Below are positions 34,230 to 46,468 of a stretch of DNA of 64,000 nucleotides, one piece after another. The stretch covers positions 17,856,001 through 17,920,000 of the forward strand of contig NC_086097.1 in assembly GCF_963921235.1 (NCBI RefSeq). The letters are read 5' to 3'. The stretch is from Mobula hypostoma (Eukaryota). Each line of letters starts with the position of its first letter. Within the stretch, counting starts at the first letter, position 1. The notes below the pieces were generated by a model, which was not told the origin of the DNA, ran no database searches, and was given only the letters and a program-made list of their open reading frames with translations. The position numbers were made by a program, and so were the translations under genes.

Positions 34230-37200
34230 ACTAGTCACTGGCAGCCAACCAGAAAAGGCCCCTTTTATTCCCACTCACTGCCTCCTGCTTGTCAACTATT
34301 CCTCTATTCCTCTATACATGCCAGTATATTTCCTGTAACGCCACAGGATTTTATCTTGTTAAGCAGCCTCATGTGTGGCACCTTATCAAGTGCCTTTTGA
34401 AAATCCAGGTAAATGACATCCACTGCCTCTCCTTTGTCTGCCCTCGAAAAACTAACAGATTTATCAGGCAAGATTTTCCTTTACAGAAACCATGCTGACT
34501 TTGACTTATTTTATCATTAGTCTCCAAGTATCCCGAAACCTCAACCTTGAGAATAGACTTCAATACTTTCCCAAACATTGAGGTTAGACTAACTGGCCTA
34601 TAATTTCCTTTCTTTTGCCTTCCTCCCTTAAAGAGTGGAATGACATTTGCAATTCTCCAGTCCTCCGGGACCATGCCGGAATCAAGTGATTCTTGAAAGA
34701 TCATGACCAATGCAACTGTTATCTCTTCAGCAACTTCTGTCAGGACTCTGGAATGTAGTCCATCTGCTCCAAGTGATTTATCCACCTTAAGGCCTTTGAG
34801 TTTGCCTAGCACTTTTTCCTTTATAATAGTAACGGCACTCAATCCTGCTCCCTGACACTCATGGACCTCTGGCACACTGCCAATGTCTTCCACAGTGAAG
34901 GCTGATGCAAAGTACCCATTAGGTTCATCTTCCATTTTGGTGTCCCCCAATACTACCTCACCAGCATCATTTTCCAATGGTTCAATATCAACTCTCACCT
35001 CCCTTTTACTCTTTATATAACTGGAAAAAAAAACATTTAGTATTTTTGTTTTATATTATTGGCTAGTTTGCCTCATATTTCATTTTTTCCCTTTCAGAAA
35101 GCTTTTTTAGTTGACTTTTGTTGGATATTAAAAACTTCCCAATCATCCAACTTCCCACTCACTTTTGCTACATTATATGCTCCTTCCTTGGGTTTTACTT
35201 GCCTTGTCTGCCATGATTGCCTACTTCTTCTGTCAGACATATCTGTCCTGCACCTTGTGAATAATTCTCAGAAACTTCAGCTACCTCTGCTCTGCCATCA
35301 GCCCCACCAGTATCCTCCTCCAATCCACCTGGGCAAGCTCCTCTCTCATGCCTCTGTAATTCCCTTTATTCCATTGTGACAGTGATGCATCTGACTTGTG
35401 CTTCTCCCTCTAAAATTGCAATATGAATTCAATCATACTATGGTCACTGCCTCCTAAAGGTACTGTACCTTTATGTTCAGCTCCTTAATAAGATCTGGGT
35501 TATTACACAACACCCAAGCTAAGATGGCCTTTCCCCTAGTAAGCTCAAGCTGAAACTGCTCTAAAAAGCCATCTAGTAGGCATTCAACAAATTCCCTGTC
35601 TTGTAATCTGACACAAACTTGATTTTCCCAATCCCCTTGCATATTGAAGTCCCCCATTTCGATTGTGACATTACCTTTATTACATGCCTTTTCTAGCTCC
35701 CTTTGCAATCTCAACCCCACATCTTGGCTACTATTTGGAGGCCTATATATGATTCCCATAAACTTTCTGTTACCCTTGCAGTTTATTCCCATATTGTTTT
35801 TCTTTACCTATACAGCTTCTTAACTCCACTCACAAAGATTCAACATTCTCTGACCCTATGTCATCTCTTTTTAAAGATGTAATTCCATCTCTTACCAACA
35901 GAGCCACATCACTTTTCGTGATTTTTATTAACGACCTGGATGTGGGGGTAGAAGGGTGGGTTGGCAAGTTTGCAGACGACACAAAGGGTTGGTGGTGTTG
36001 TAGATAGTGTAGATGATTGTCAAAGATTGCAGAGAGACATTGATAGGATGCAGAAGTGGGCTGAGAAGTGGCAGATGGAGTTCAACCTGGAGAAGTGTGA
36101 GGTGGTACACTTTGGAAGGACAAACTCCAAGGCAGAGTACAAAGTAAATGGCAGGATACTTGGTAGTGTGGAGGAGCAGAGGGATCTTGGGGCACATGTC
36201 CACAGATCCCTGAAAGTTGCCTCACAGGTGGATAAGGTAGTTAAGAAAGCTTATGGGGTGTTAGCTTTCATAAGTCGAGGGATAGAGTTTAAGAGTCACG
36301 ATGTAATGATGCAGCTCTATAAAACTCTGGTTAGGCCACACTTGGAGTACTGTGTCCAGTTCTGGTCACCTCACTATAGGAAGGATGTGGAGGCATTGGA
36401 AAGGGTACAGAGGAGATTTACCAGGATGCTACCTGGTTTAGAAAGTATGCATTATGATCAGAGATTAAGGGAGCTAGGACTCTATTCTTTGGAGAGAAGG
36501 AGGATGAGAGGAGACATAGAGGTGTACAAGATAATAAGAGGAATAGATAGAGTGGATAGCCAGCGCCTCTTCCCCAGGGCACCACTGCTCAATACAAGAG
36601 GACATGGCTTTAAGGTAAGGGGTGGGAAGGTCAAGGGGGATATTAGAGGAAGGTTTTTTACGCAGAGAGTGGTTGGTGCGTGGAATGCACTGCCTGAGTC
36701 AGTGGTGGAGGCAGATGCACTAGTGAAGTTTAAGAGACTACTAGACAGGTATATGGAGGAATTTAAGGTGGGGGCTTATATGGGAGGCAGTGTTTGAGGG
36801 TTGGCATTGTGGGCCTAAGGGCCTATACTATGCTGTACTATTCTATGTTCTATGTTCTATCACCGCCTATGCCTTCCTGCCTGTTCTTCCAATTGAAAGT
36901 TTATCTATGGCCGCCTTTCAGCCACGACTCAGTGACTTCCACAACGTCATACCGACCAATCTCTAATTGCGCAACGTGTTTGTCCACCGTATTCTGAATA
37001 CTAAGCACATTTAAGTACAGCACCTTCAGCCTGCATTCTTCATCCTTTTGAATTTTGCCTCTGTGGTACACCGTAACTCTTTGCTCTGTCTGCGTTTGTA
37101 CCCAGTCATTGGCTTGCCTTACATTCATGTTTCACCCATCATCTCCTTGTAAACCTGCTGGCTCATCCTTATCTTTATCATACTGCTTCCCAACCCCTAC

Positions 37201-38420
37201 CATATTAGTTTAAATCACTCCCTACAGCTCTAGTAAACCTGTCTGAGAGAATATTGGTACCCCTCAGATTCAAGTACAACCCATCCCTTTTGTACAGGTA
37301 CAAATGCACATTGCACGTTTAGACAGGGAAATAACGTAAAGATCTTTACTCCTCATGTTTGTGAAGGATGTAAGAAATAGTCAATTCAATTTATCTGTCC
37401 CAGAAGAGTTTCCAATTATCCAGAAATCTGAATCTCTGCCCCCCTGCTCCAATTCTTCAGCCATGCATTTATCTGCCACCTCATTCTATTCCTATCCTCA
37501 CTGTTGTGTGGCGCAGGCAGCAATCCCGAGATTACTACCCTTAAGGTCCTGCTTCTCTGCCTCTTTCCTAAATTCCTGTATTCTGTTTTCTGAACCTCCT
37601 TCCTTTTTCTAACTAGGCCATTGGGACCAATATGTACCACAACCTCTGGCGACTCACCCTCCCTTTGCAGGATATTTTGGACACGTTCAGAAACATGGAA
37701 ACTGGAACCTGAGAGGGAAACTACCATCCATGTTTTTTTTCACGTCCACAGAATGGCCTATCTGTCCCTCTAACTATAGAGTTCCCTATTACTGCTGCCA
37801 TCTTCTTCAGTTTCCTACCCTTCTGAGCCACAGGGCCAGACACAGTGTCAGAGGCATGGCCGTTGTCGTTGTTTCCTCTAGTTAGGTTGTTCCCCCCAAT
37901 AGTACTCAAATTGGAGTGCTTGTTATTGATGTTCTTCCTTCCCTTTCCTGACAGTCACCCACTTTTCTGCCTCCTATAGCTTTGGGATGACTACCTCCCT
38001 GTAACTCATGTCTGTCACCTCTTCACTGTTCCTAACAAACCTAAGGTCATTGAATTGCAGCTCCAGTTCCTTAATACGGTCCCTAAGGAGCTGCTTCTTG
38101 ACGTACCTGGTGCAGATATGGCCATCAGAGTGGCTGGTAGTCTCCCAGAAATCCCACATCTGACATCCAAAACAGAACACTGGCTCTGTAGATGTAACCC
38201 CTATTCTCTCAAAAGTTAAATAAGAAATAAGGTATGAACCTACCTTCTTACCTTGCCTCCGCCTGTTCTTACTGAAGCCTGTTGAGCTAAAGTCACTCTG
38301 ACTCAGACCACTCCAACAATGATGGCTCCACTAGATGGTACCCCTCGTTTATGGAGACTGGGGTTTTAAAGCTCTTTGCTGGACTTGTGCGGGAACGCTT
38401 CTACTGCGTCTGCACAGTGC
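34230..38420 (-). mobile_element. Older CR1 LINE (second family) with 5' UTR, decayed zinc-finger/esterase ORF1 (about 37205-38180), endonuclease and partial RT
   Basis: CFGCQMW...ICTRY, IGNSIVRG, VVHIGPN, LKVLYLN, YRPPN, MGDFN and NYRPVSLTS remnants. Confidence 0.85.
35913..36858 (+). mobile_element. Young 5'-truncated CR1 (third family) nested in the older CR1
   Basis: 278-aa ORF covering the RT C-terminus, (TTCTATG)n tail, and 5-bp TSD ATCAC at 35908-35912 and 36859-36863. Confidence 0.9.
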
Positions 38421-38429
38421 TCCAATTGA

Positions 38430-39880
38430 AGATATCTTGGTCAAGTGCCCAGCAGTCTCACTACTTGCCTGCTACAATATCCTGGGTTAAGTTCCATCAA
38501 TTCCTGAGGATTTATCCAACTTAATTTCGTAAAGAATCCCAACTCCTCTTCTTTCTTAATATCAAAATGCTTTAGAATATAAACATACTCCTCCCTGATC
38601 TTATCATTGTCTATGTCTTTCTCATTCATGATTATCAATGCAAAATAATTATTCAGAACCTTGCCCAGTACTCCACGCATAGATTCCCTCCTTTGTTCTT
38701 GAATGGACCCTTTCCCTAACTACACTACTACTTTTAATATATGCATAAAAATGCCGTGGTATACTTTTTCTGTCTACTTGCCAAGGATATTTTATGTCCC
38801 CTCTTGCTCCTCCTAATTCTTTGTTTAAATTCTTTCTTGCTTCTTTTATATTTCTTAAGAGCCTTGTCCAATTTCAGCTTTCTTAATCTTGCTCATTGTT
38901 TTTTTAAGCTCAGCTTAAAGTATGTCTTTTCATCCAATATTCCTGAATGTTCCATCCTCATTTTTCATCCTCATAGGAATGTGCTAGTCTGTAGCCCAAC
39001 CATCCTGCCTTTAAAGGACTCCCACATGTCATATGTGGATCTATCTCTAAATAGCCACTCCCAACCCCTCACTTATTTCTGTCTAATACCTTTGTAATTA
39101 ACATTTCTCTAATTCAGCAAAATGTCTTCGTCTTATCCTTATCTATATCTATCTTAAAACTTCCAGAATTATGATCATTCTTCCCAAAATACTCCCCCAC
39201 AGAAACTTCACTTATCAGGCACAGCTCATATCCCAGATCTGTTACGGTTCCCCCTTTAGTTGGACTATCTACTTACAGACCTCTCTGCATAAAAGCGGTT
39301 TGAGTGATGGAAATACACATTTACAGAATTTATAAGTCACTTTTCATAGTTTTGGGATACAAAATAAAATTTGCCCTTACAGATTTGTGTATGGGTCTAG
39401 ATGCATGCAAAAGTAGTGTGACTTTGCATTATGGACTATTTTCTTAGAACATCCCCATAAACACCACCCCACTGTAAAGTATGTGTCACCTGTATTGTTT
39501 CAAGAAACGCACCTGAATATACCTAATGAATTTTGCTCCATCTAAGACCCTGGCAAGAAGGGAATCTCAGTCAATATTGGGGAATTTAAAGTTACTACAA
39601 ATATCCTGTTGTTTTAGCATCTTTCCATGATCTGCCTGCACGTCTGCTCTTCTAGATGCTGCTGATTTTAGAGAACCCCACCATGGTAACTGCACCTTTC
39701 TTATTTCTAGCAATGTGGCCTCAGTGGATGAGCCCTCTCGATATTCTCTCTAAATGCATTTGTGATATTCTCCATGATCAGTAAGAGAACTTTCCCATCT
39801 CTTTTACACCTTTCTCTATCACATCTGAAACATTTAAAACCTGGACCTTTGAGCTGCCATTCCTGATTTCTGAAGGACAA
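38430..39880 (-). mobile_element. Old CR1 ORF2 fragments
   Basis: VLNNYFA and ILGEF remnants; heavily decayed. Confidence 0.55.
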
Positions 39881-40184
39881 GATTTGGAGATGTTTCTGTA
39901 ATTAAGTTCTGTGTAATGAATAGTTAATAGTTATGTAATGAAATGCATTGAATAAAATGTTTGATTCAGTTGTTGGTGTTTATTGGTCACCATTAATTAG
40001 TACAAAGAGTAATAAAGAGTTATAAATACAAGTATTATCAAACCTATTTTAATTTGCTCTTCTGTATTGGATTATTTATATTAGTGAGAAGTATGTAACA
40101 ATGAAAGAAAAGCTAACAATATACTTAAGGGTAAAAGTATGTGAATATTTTAAGTAAAAATAAAACATGATATTTCTGCCTCAG

Positions 40185-40328
40185 ATATTAATGAATGTGA
40201 GATGATGAATGGAGTCTGTGGAAGGGCTCTTTGTGAAAATGTGGAAGGCTCCTTCTTCTGTATCTGCATGGATGAGAATGAAGACTTTGATCCAACAAAA
40301 GGTCAATGTGTCCCTCGTGCAGCAATGG
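40185..40328 (+). CDS. LTBP2: LTBP2-like internal exon, cbEGF (D)INECEMMNGVCGRALCENVEGSFFCICMDENEDFDPTKGQCVPRAAM
   Basis: ttctgcctcag|AT acceptor and G|gtaag donor; 144 nt, phase 1-1. LCENVEGSF is the LTBP-family EGF preceding the third TB (8-Cys) domain; exon order matches LTBP2. Confidence 0.88.
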
Positions 40329-40671
40329 GTAAGTTTAAGTAAAATCTCCAGAAATATTGGGCTATTTAGCAGTAAATTTGAAAAGCAGAAATTGCATTGT
40401 AGATTTTTCTACAGTTCGTCCATGTTTCTGTTTCACCATTTATGGTGTTTTTGCTCTGGGCCAGTAAAATTAAACAAGCTTTAAACAAAGCACTAAATAA
40501 TTACAAAGTTGCAACTGAAAATTTAAACATTGAGTTAAACCTTTCCAGAGTCTGATATTAATAGTGCTGCAGCATTATTCAGGAATCTGTTCTGAGGTCA
40601 GAGTTGTGGAGTAAGAACGGGATAACACCATTGTTATTGGTCTTTTAGGTAAAGGAATAGAAAGGTATATA

Positions 40672-41138
40672 CGAGGGGTGATTGATAAGTTTGTGGCCTA
40701 AGGTAGAAGGCGATGAGTTATTAACTTCAAACTTTCTGCATTATCACTCAAAGAGTTAAACTGCACGTGCATGTAACGAGAGCGTCTTGGACCACCAGGT
40801 TGTCCACAGCAGGGGTGATTGATAAGTTTGTGGCCTAAGGTAGAGGGAGATGAGTTATACAGCTCTCATTACTTGCACGTGCAGTTCAGCTCTTTGAGTG
40901 AAAGTGCAGAAAGTTTGAAGTTAATAACTCATCTCCTTCTACCTTAGGCCACAAACTTATCAATCATCCCGGCTGTGGACCACTTCTGGAGGTCCAAGAC
41001 ACCGACCTCTACAAAGAAGGGATCCGTTTGCTCCATGACTGCTGGACTAAGTGTGTAAATGTAGGAAAAATAAATGTGCTAGGTTTTCTAAAATTGGCTC
41101 CTTCTACCTTAGGCCACAAACTTATCAATCACCCCTCG
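40672..41138. mobile_element. Tc1/mariner-derived MITE (467 bp) with four TIR copies
   Basis: Perfect 39-bp TIRs (40672-40710 and 41100-41138), TA on both flanks, and a transposase C-terminal remnant LYKEGIRLLHDCWTKCVNVG at about 41008-41067. Confidence 0.92.
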
Positions 41139-41331
41139 TATTTAGGTTTTCAGTTTGACACTAAGCATTGAGGAACATTGATAACTATATGTGAAAAGGC
41201 TAAATAAGTGGGTAAAATAAGGACAAATGTATATAATTCAGCAAGTGTAAGTGTGAGGGCAACAACTTCAGATCTCCAAAAGAGAAATCTGATTATCTTG
41301 CTACTCAATGCCACTATTATTAAAAGTTCCT

Positions 41332-41497
41332 AACATAGAAACATAGAAAATAGGTGCAGGAGTAGGCCATTCGGCCCTTCGAGCCTGCACCGCCATTTAT
41401 TATGATCATGGCTGATCATCCAACTCAGAACCCCGCCCCAGCCTTCCCTCCATACCCCCTGACCCCTGTAGCCACAAGGGCCATATCTAACTCCCTC
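41332..41497 (-). mobile_element. CR1 family A 3' end
   Basis: Reads as an exact reverse complement of about 14504-14666. Confidence 0.9.
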
Positions 41498-41734
41498 ACT
41501 AGCTATAATGTTAGATATTTGAGAGAATAATTATCAGGGCCATGGGAAAGCAGGATAGATTTATCAAATTGTTTTGCCAGGGGCTGGTATTATAGCTGCA
41601 ACAGTTCTGTAATTGTATAAAAATCTCCTCAATAATATCTCAATAACAATGCATAAATAAAAGCTGCATGAACATGTCAACTTGAGTGGTTGCATACACT
41701 GAAACATTTCAACTACCCTAACACAGCTAGCAAA

Positions 41735-41955
41735 GACAAGAAAATCTGCAGATGCTGTAAATCCAAGGCAAAACACACAAAATACTGGAGCAACTCAGCA
41801 GGTTAGGCAGCATCTATGAAAATGAATAAATGGTCGATGTTTCGGGCCAAGACTCGTCATTAGGACTGGAAAATCAGATGAGGTCAGAGTGAGGAGGTGG
41901 GAGGGGAGGAAGAAGAACAAGGTGATATGTGATAGGTGAAACTGGGAGAGGGCAC
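41735..41955 (-). mobile_element. Older PLE pseudo-LTR fragment with decayed hammerhead
   Basis: tctgcagatgctg...gtcgatgtttcgggccaagac...aggactgg homology to other PLE ends. Confidence 0.7.
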
Positions 41956-42634
41956 CTTTTGTTTTTGGATGCTCTTATTAGTGACTTACAGAGATCATAC
42001 AGTGGAGAAGTCAAACTCCACACATTGACATTGCATAGCAACATGTCCCTATGAGAAGCCATCAATTAAGACATGATAATATGCTGAACTGATCCATTGT
42101 TTCCTGAAAGATTCTTCCTCATTCTTTTCTTAAATTTGCACACTTCATTGTAAAAAAAATTTCTGTCAAGTTTATCATCTTTCAGTTGAACCATTAACTT
42201 AATTGATCAAGCACTCCCTTGATCAACCTTGGTCCATACAAGAATTATAGAGGTGGGGTGTGTGTCACTGTCCTTGACTTCTAAACAACATTTGACTGAG
42301 CATGGTATCAAGAAACCAGAGTGATAATCAGTTGTTATCAGTGCCAAGAGGCTGAAGGATGTTGGAAAATGATTGTGGTGTTTGGACGACAAATCCCAAG
42401 ATGTCTCTGCAGAAGTTCCTCAGCAGAGTATTAAAAGCCCAATCATCTTCAATATTGGGTTCAATCTTCAAGCTCAATCTTGGGTTATCTGAAACCAGTA
42501 CCTCTTCTTCTGATTCTAAAGCCTTTCCACTCTTCATAATGCACAAGTCAGAAGTGCGTTGGAATCTGGTTTGCTTGATTTGATGTGTGCAACTCAAGAA
42601 AGGAGCGCTGATGAGTCTTACAGCAAATGATTAG

Positions 42635-43304
42635 CCTACACTGGCATTGCTCCTCAACTCTTCCTATGCTACATCAACTACTGCATTGGTGCTGCTTCCT
42701 GCACCCATACTGAGCTCTTCGATTTCATCAATTTTGCCTCCAACTTCCACCCTGCGCTCAAATCTACTAAATCCATTTCCAACACCTACCTCCCCTTTCT
42801 CAATCTCTCTGTCTCCATCTACTCATACCTTTCACAAATCACTGACCTCCTCTACTGCCACGATGAAGCTACACTCAGGTTGGAGGTGCAATACATTATA
42901 TTCCATATTGATAACTTCAAAACTGATGGCATGAACATTGATATCTCAAACTTCTGGTAATTGCCCTCCTCCCTCTTCTCCTTCACCATTCCCCATTCCT
43001 GTTTCCCTCTCTCACCGTATCTCCCTACATTACCATTACCTGCCTCTGGTGCTCCACCCACTTCCCTTTCTTTCATGGTCTTCTGTCCTCTCCTATCAGA
43101 TTCCCCCTTCTCCTGCCCTTTATATCATTCAGCAATCAACTTCCCTGCTATTTTCTTCACCCCTCCCCCTCTCCTGGTTTCACCTATCACTAGCCACTGT
43201 GTACTTCTTCCTCCATTTCCCCTACCTTCTTACTTTCACTTCTCCCCTTCCTTTCCAGTCCTGATGAAGGGTGTCAGACAAAAATGTTGACTGCTTACTC
43301 TTTT
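42635..43304 (+). mobile_element. Older PLE (RT end, GIY-YIG end, pseudo-LTR); its 3' remainder is at about 44546-44602
   Basis: NFASNFHPAL and DGMNIDISNF remnants, polypyrimidine tract, decayed hammerhead at 43257-43294. Confidence 0.75.
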
Positions 43305-44535
43305 AGACCATAAGATACAGGGGCAGAATTAAGCCATTTGGCTCATCAATCCATTTCATCATGGCTAATTAAAATTTTCCTCTCAGCCTAATGTCCTGCC
43401 TTCTCCCTGTATCCGTTCATGCCCTAACGAATCAAAAATCTATCAACTTCTGCCTTAAATATACATAAAGAGTTGCCTCCACAGGTGCCTGTGGTGAAGA
43501 ATTCCACAGATTCACCACTCTCTGGCTAAAGAAATTCCTCCTCATTTCCGTTCTAAAAGGACGTCCCTCTATTCTGAGGCTGTATCCTCTGGACTTAAAC
43601 ACTTCCACCATAGGAAACATCCACTCTATCAAGGCCTTTCACCATTTGATAGGTTTCAATAAAGTCACCCCTCATTTTTATTAATTCCTGTGGATACAGG
43701 CCCAGAGCCACCAAACACTCTTCATATGAAATGCCATTCAACCTTGGAATTATTTTCAGATCAGCATCTAACTTGCTATTGAGCCCACATTTTCTTTGTG
43801 TGGCTGGTCCAGTTCAGTTTTTGGTTGGTCTGGTCCAGGAGTTGACTAATGGCCAGGTGCAGGGGACAGAGATGAGATCTAGTAATGGAAAAAGTATTGA
43901 ATGTCATGTTCAGGAAGATAATTATGCCCTTGTTGGAAATGCTGTCTAGGCTAGTAAGACAAATAAATTATACATTGCGTGCAGATTGAATATTGTCTCA
44001 ACATTACATTATTACTTTTATATTCTAGTCCTCTTGAAATGAATGCTAACATTGCATTTGCCATTATCACCACAGACTCAACCTGCAAATTAACCTTTAG
44101 GGAATCTTGCACAAGGTCTCTCAAGTCCCCTTGCACCTCAATTTTTTGTACTTTCTCTCCAGTTAGAAAATAGTCAACCCTTTCATTTCTTCTACCAAAG
44201 TGCATGACCAGACAATTCCCGACACAGTACTCTATCTGCCAATTCTTTGCCCATTGTCCTAATCTGTCTAAGTCCTTCTGTAGCCCCTCTACTTCCTCAA
44301 AACTACCTGCCCCTCCATCTATCTTCATATCATCTGCAACCTTTGCAACAAAGCTATCAATTCCATACTCCAAATCGTTGACATATAATGTAAAAAGACA
44401 GTCCCAATACAGATCCTTGTGGAACACCACTAATCACAGGCAGCCAGTCAGAAAAGGTGCCCTATGTTCCCACTCAGTGAATGCTTTATCCATGCTAGAA
44501 TCTTTCCTGTAATACCATAGGTCTGTAGCTCATAG
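43305..44535 (-). mobile_element. Degenerate CR1 (RT to 3' end) inserted in the PLE
   Basis: YVNDLE...KVADD and FFSQRVVNLWNS remnants. Confidence 0.8.
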
Positions 44536-44874
44536 TTGTAAGGCCTTTTCCATAGATGCTAACTGGCCTGCTGAGTTCCTCCAGCATTTTGTGCTTGTTA
44601 CTGTGAGAGATTAAGAGTCTACATTGCTTAAACTTTAATTATGTATACTTCTACTGCTTGCTAAGGAGGAAAACCTTGGGCTAATATTTAGTGCTGGGAT
44701 CATGACTGAGATGGAGGTATGAGCATGATATCATCATGCAGTCACTGCAGTGTAAAAGTCTGGCTCGCGAAGCAACCATTGCAACACTCTAAACAATGCA
44801 CCAAATGACCTGCCAGCCACAAATACACCTGCCCTCTTAACAACTTCTTTCACACTATCCAGGCTGCATACATT

Positions 44875-45295
44875 AGAGTCATGGAGAAGTACAGCAGAGA
44901 AAATGACCATCAGCCCATTTAGTGTGTGCCAAAACCATTTAAGCTGCCTACTCCTTGACCTGCACCAAGACCATAGCCCTCCATGTACCTATCCAAACCT
45001 CTCTTAAACATTGAAATCAGGCTCGCGTGGACCACTTGTGCGGTCAGCTCATTCCACACTCTCACGACCCTCTGAGTGAAGATGTTTCCCCCACGTTCCC
45101 CTTAAAATTCTCACCTTTCACCCTTAAGCCATGATCTCTGGTTGTAGTCCCACCCAGCCTCAGTGGAAAAAGCCTATCTATACCACACATAATTTTGTAC
45201 AGCTTGAGAAAATTTCCTCTCAATCTTCTACATTCTATAGAATAACCTATTGAAGCTTTCCGTATAACTCAGTTCCTCTAGACCTGGCATTCTTA
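44875..45295 (-). mobile_element. CR1 3' fragment
   Basis: Homologous to 54392-54830. Confidence 0.75.
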
Positions 45296-45894
45296 ACATT
45301 CTTAACATGTAGTCAAAGTATCATACATTATGCAAGCTGGCCCTTTGATCCATTGAGAGAAGACTGAAAATTAGCACCTAATAACATTCCCCACATTCCC
45401 ATCAGCATCACCCATGATTTACTATTCACCAACACACCAGAGGAAGTTTATTGTAAATTAATCTACATAGCCATGTGTCTTTGAGAGATAAGTGAAAATG
45501 AGAGCACCTGGAGGAATCCAACTGCCCTTCTGTCTTTACTAAGCTCTACTCCATTCTTGGCTCCCAGTGAGAGGGGTCCTTGGGTATTTGGAAGTTGATT
45601 GTCTTCAACAGCACTGAACAGGACTTATATCAATACTGCATCCCTGAAATCATTCCACTGCTATCTTAGAGCATGTTTATTCCTAATTATTCACAGTTCT
45701 GATGAAAGATCACCAACTAGAAATGTGAACTCTATTTCTCCAAAACTGTCTCCTGATCTGCTCAGTGTTTCCACCTTTTCTTCCTATTGTTACAGAATTC
45801 CAGCATCCATGTTTCCAAATAATAATTTCAACAAAGGAAAAATATGTAATCAACACAATTATTTAATTATCCAGCTCATTACGATGGAACACAC

Positions 45895-46468
45895 ACCATA
45901 GAGCAGTACAGCACAGGATGTGGTACACCATGATCAATCTAACTCTTCCTTGTAACATGACCCTCCATTTTTCTTATACCATTGTGCTGATCTGAGAGTC
46001 TCCTAAATGGTTCTGTGGTATCAGCCACTACCACTAACCCTGGCAGTGCATTCCAGGCATCTATTACTGTGTTTTAAAAAAAACTGCTATAACTGCATCA
46101 ATACGTTGGGACCAGGTTAGTTTCTCAGAGATCTTGACACCCAGGAACTTGAAACTGCTCCTTCTTTCCACTTCTGATCCCTCTATGAGGATTGGTATGT
46201 GTTCCTTCGTCTTACCCTTCTGAAGTCCACAATCAGCTTTTTCGTCTTACTGACGTTGAGTGCCAGGCTTTTGCTGTGACACATCTGCCCTAAACTTTCC
46301 TCCATTCACCTTAGATGGATGTTAGCTGCCCAGGAAAAATGATGCTGGCTGACCACACTAACTCTACTTCTCATAAACTTACACACCTGTAGCAAGACAA
46401 ATCTTACCCTCCTTCACACCAAAGAGAAAGGCTCTAGCTTGTTCAACACTTCCTCTTAAGATTACGTT
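45895..46468 (-). mobile_element. Old CR1 3' fragment with a Rex1/Babar piece at about 46090-46280
   Basis: atagagcagtacagcac tail; the insert encodes KLIVDFR...ERRSSFKFLGV. Confidence 0.6.

Noticed and set aside
40209..40484. 91-aa ORF overlapping the third exon (also 30033..30236 on the minus strand)
   Set aside because: Alternative frames of real EGF exons; the spliced frame explains the sequence.
40672..41138. ~37-39-bp repeats that superficially resemble a CRISPR array
   Set aside because: The copies are in both orientations, TA-flanked and accompanied by a mariner transposase remnant, in a eukaryotic context with no cas genes.
45300..45530. Possible tRNA-derived SINE remnant (similar sequence at about 57040-57225)
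   Set aside because: Too decayed to define A/B boxes or boundaries by eye.
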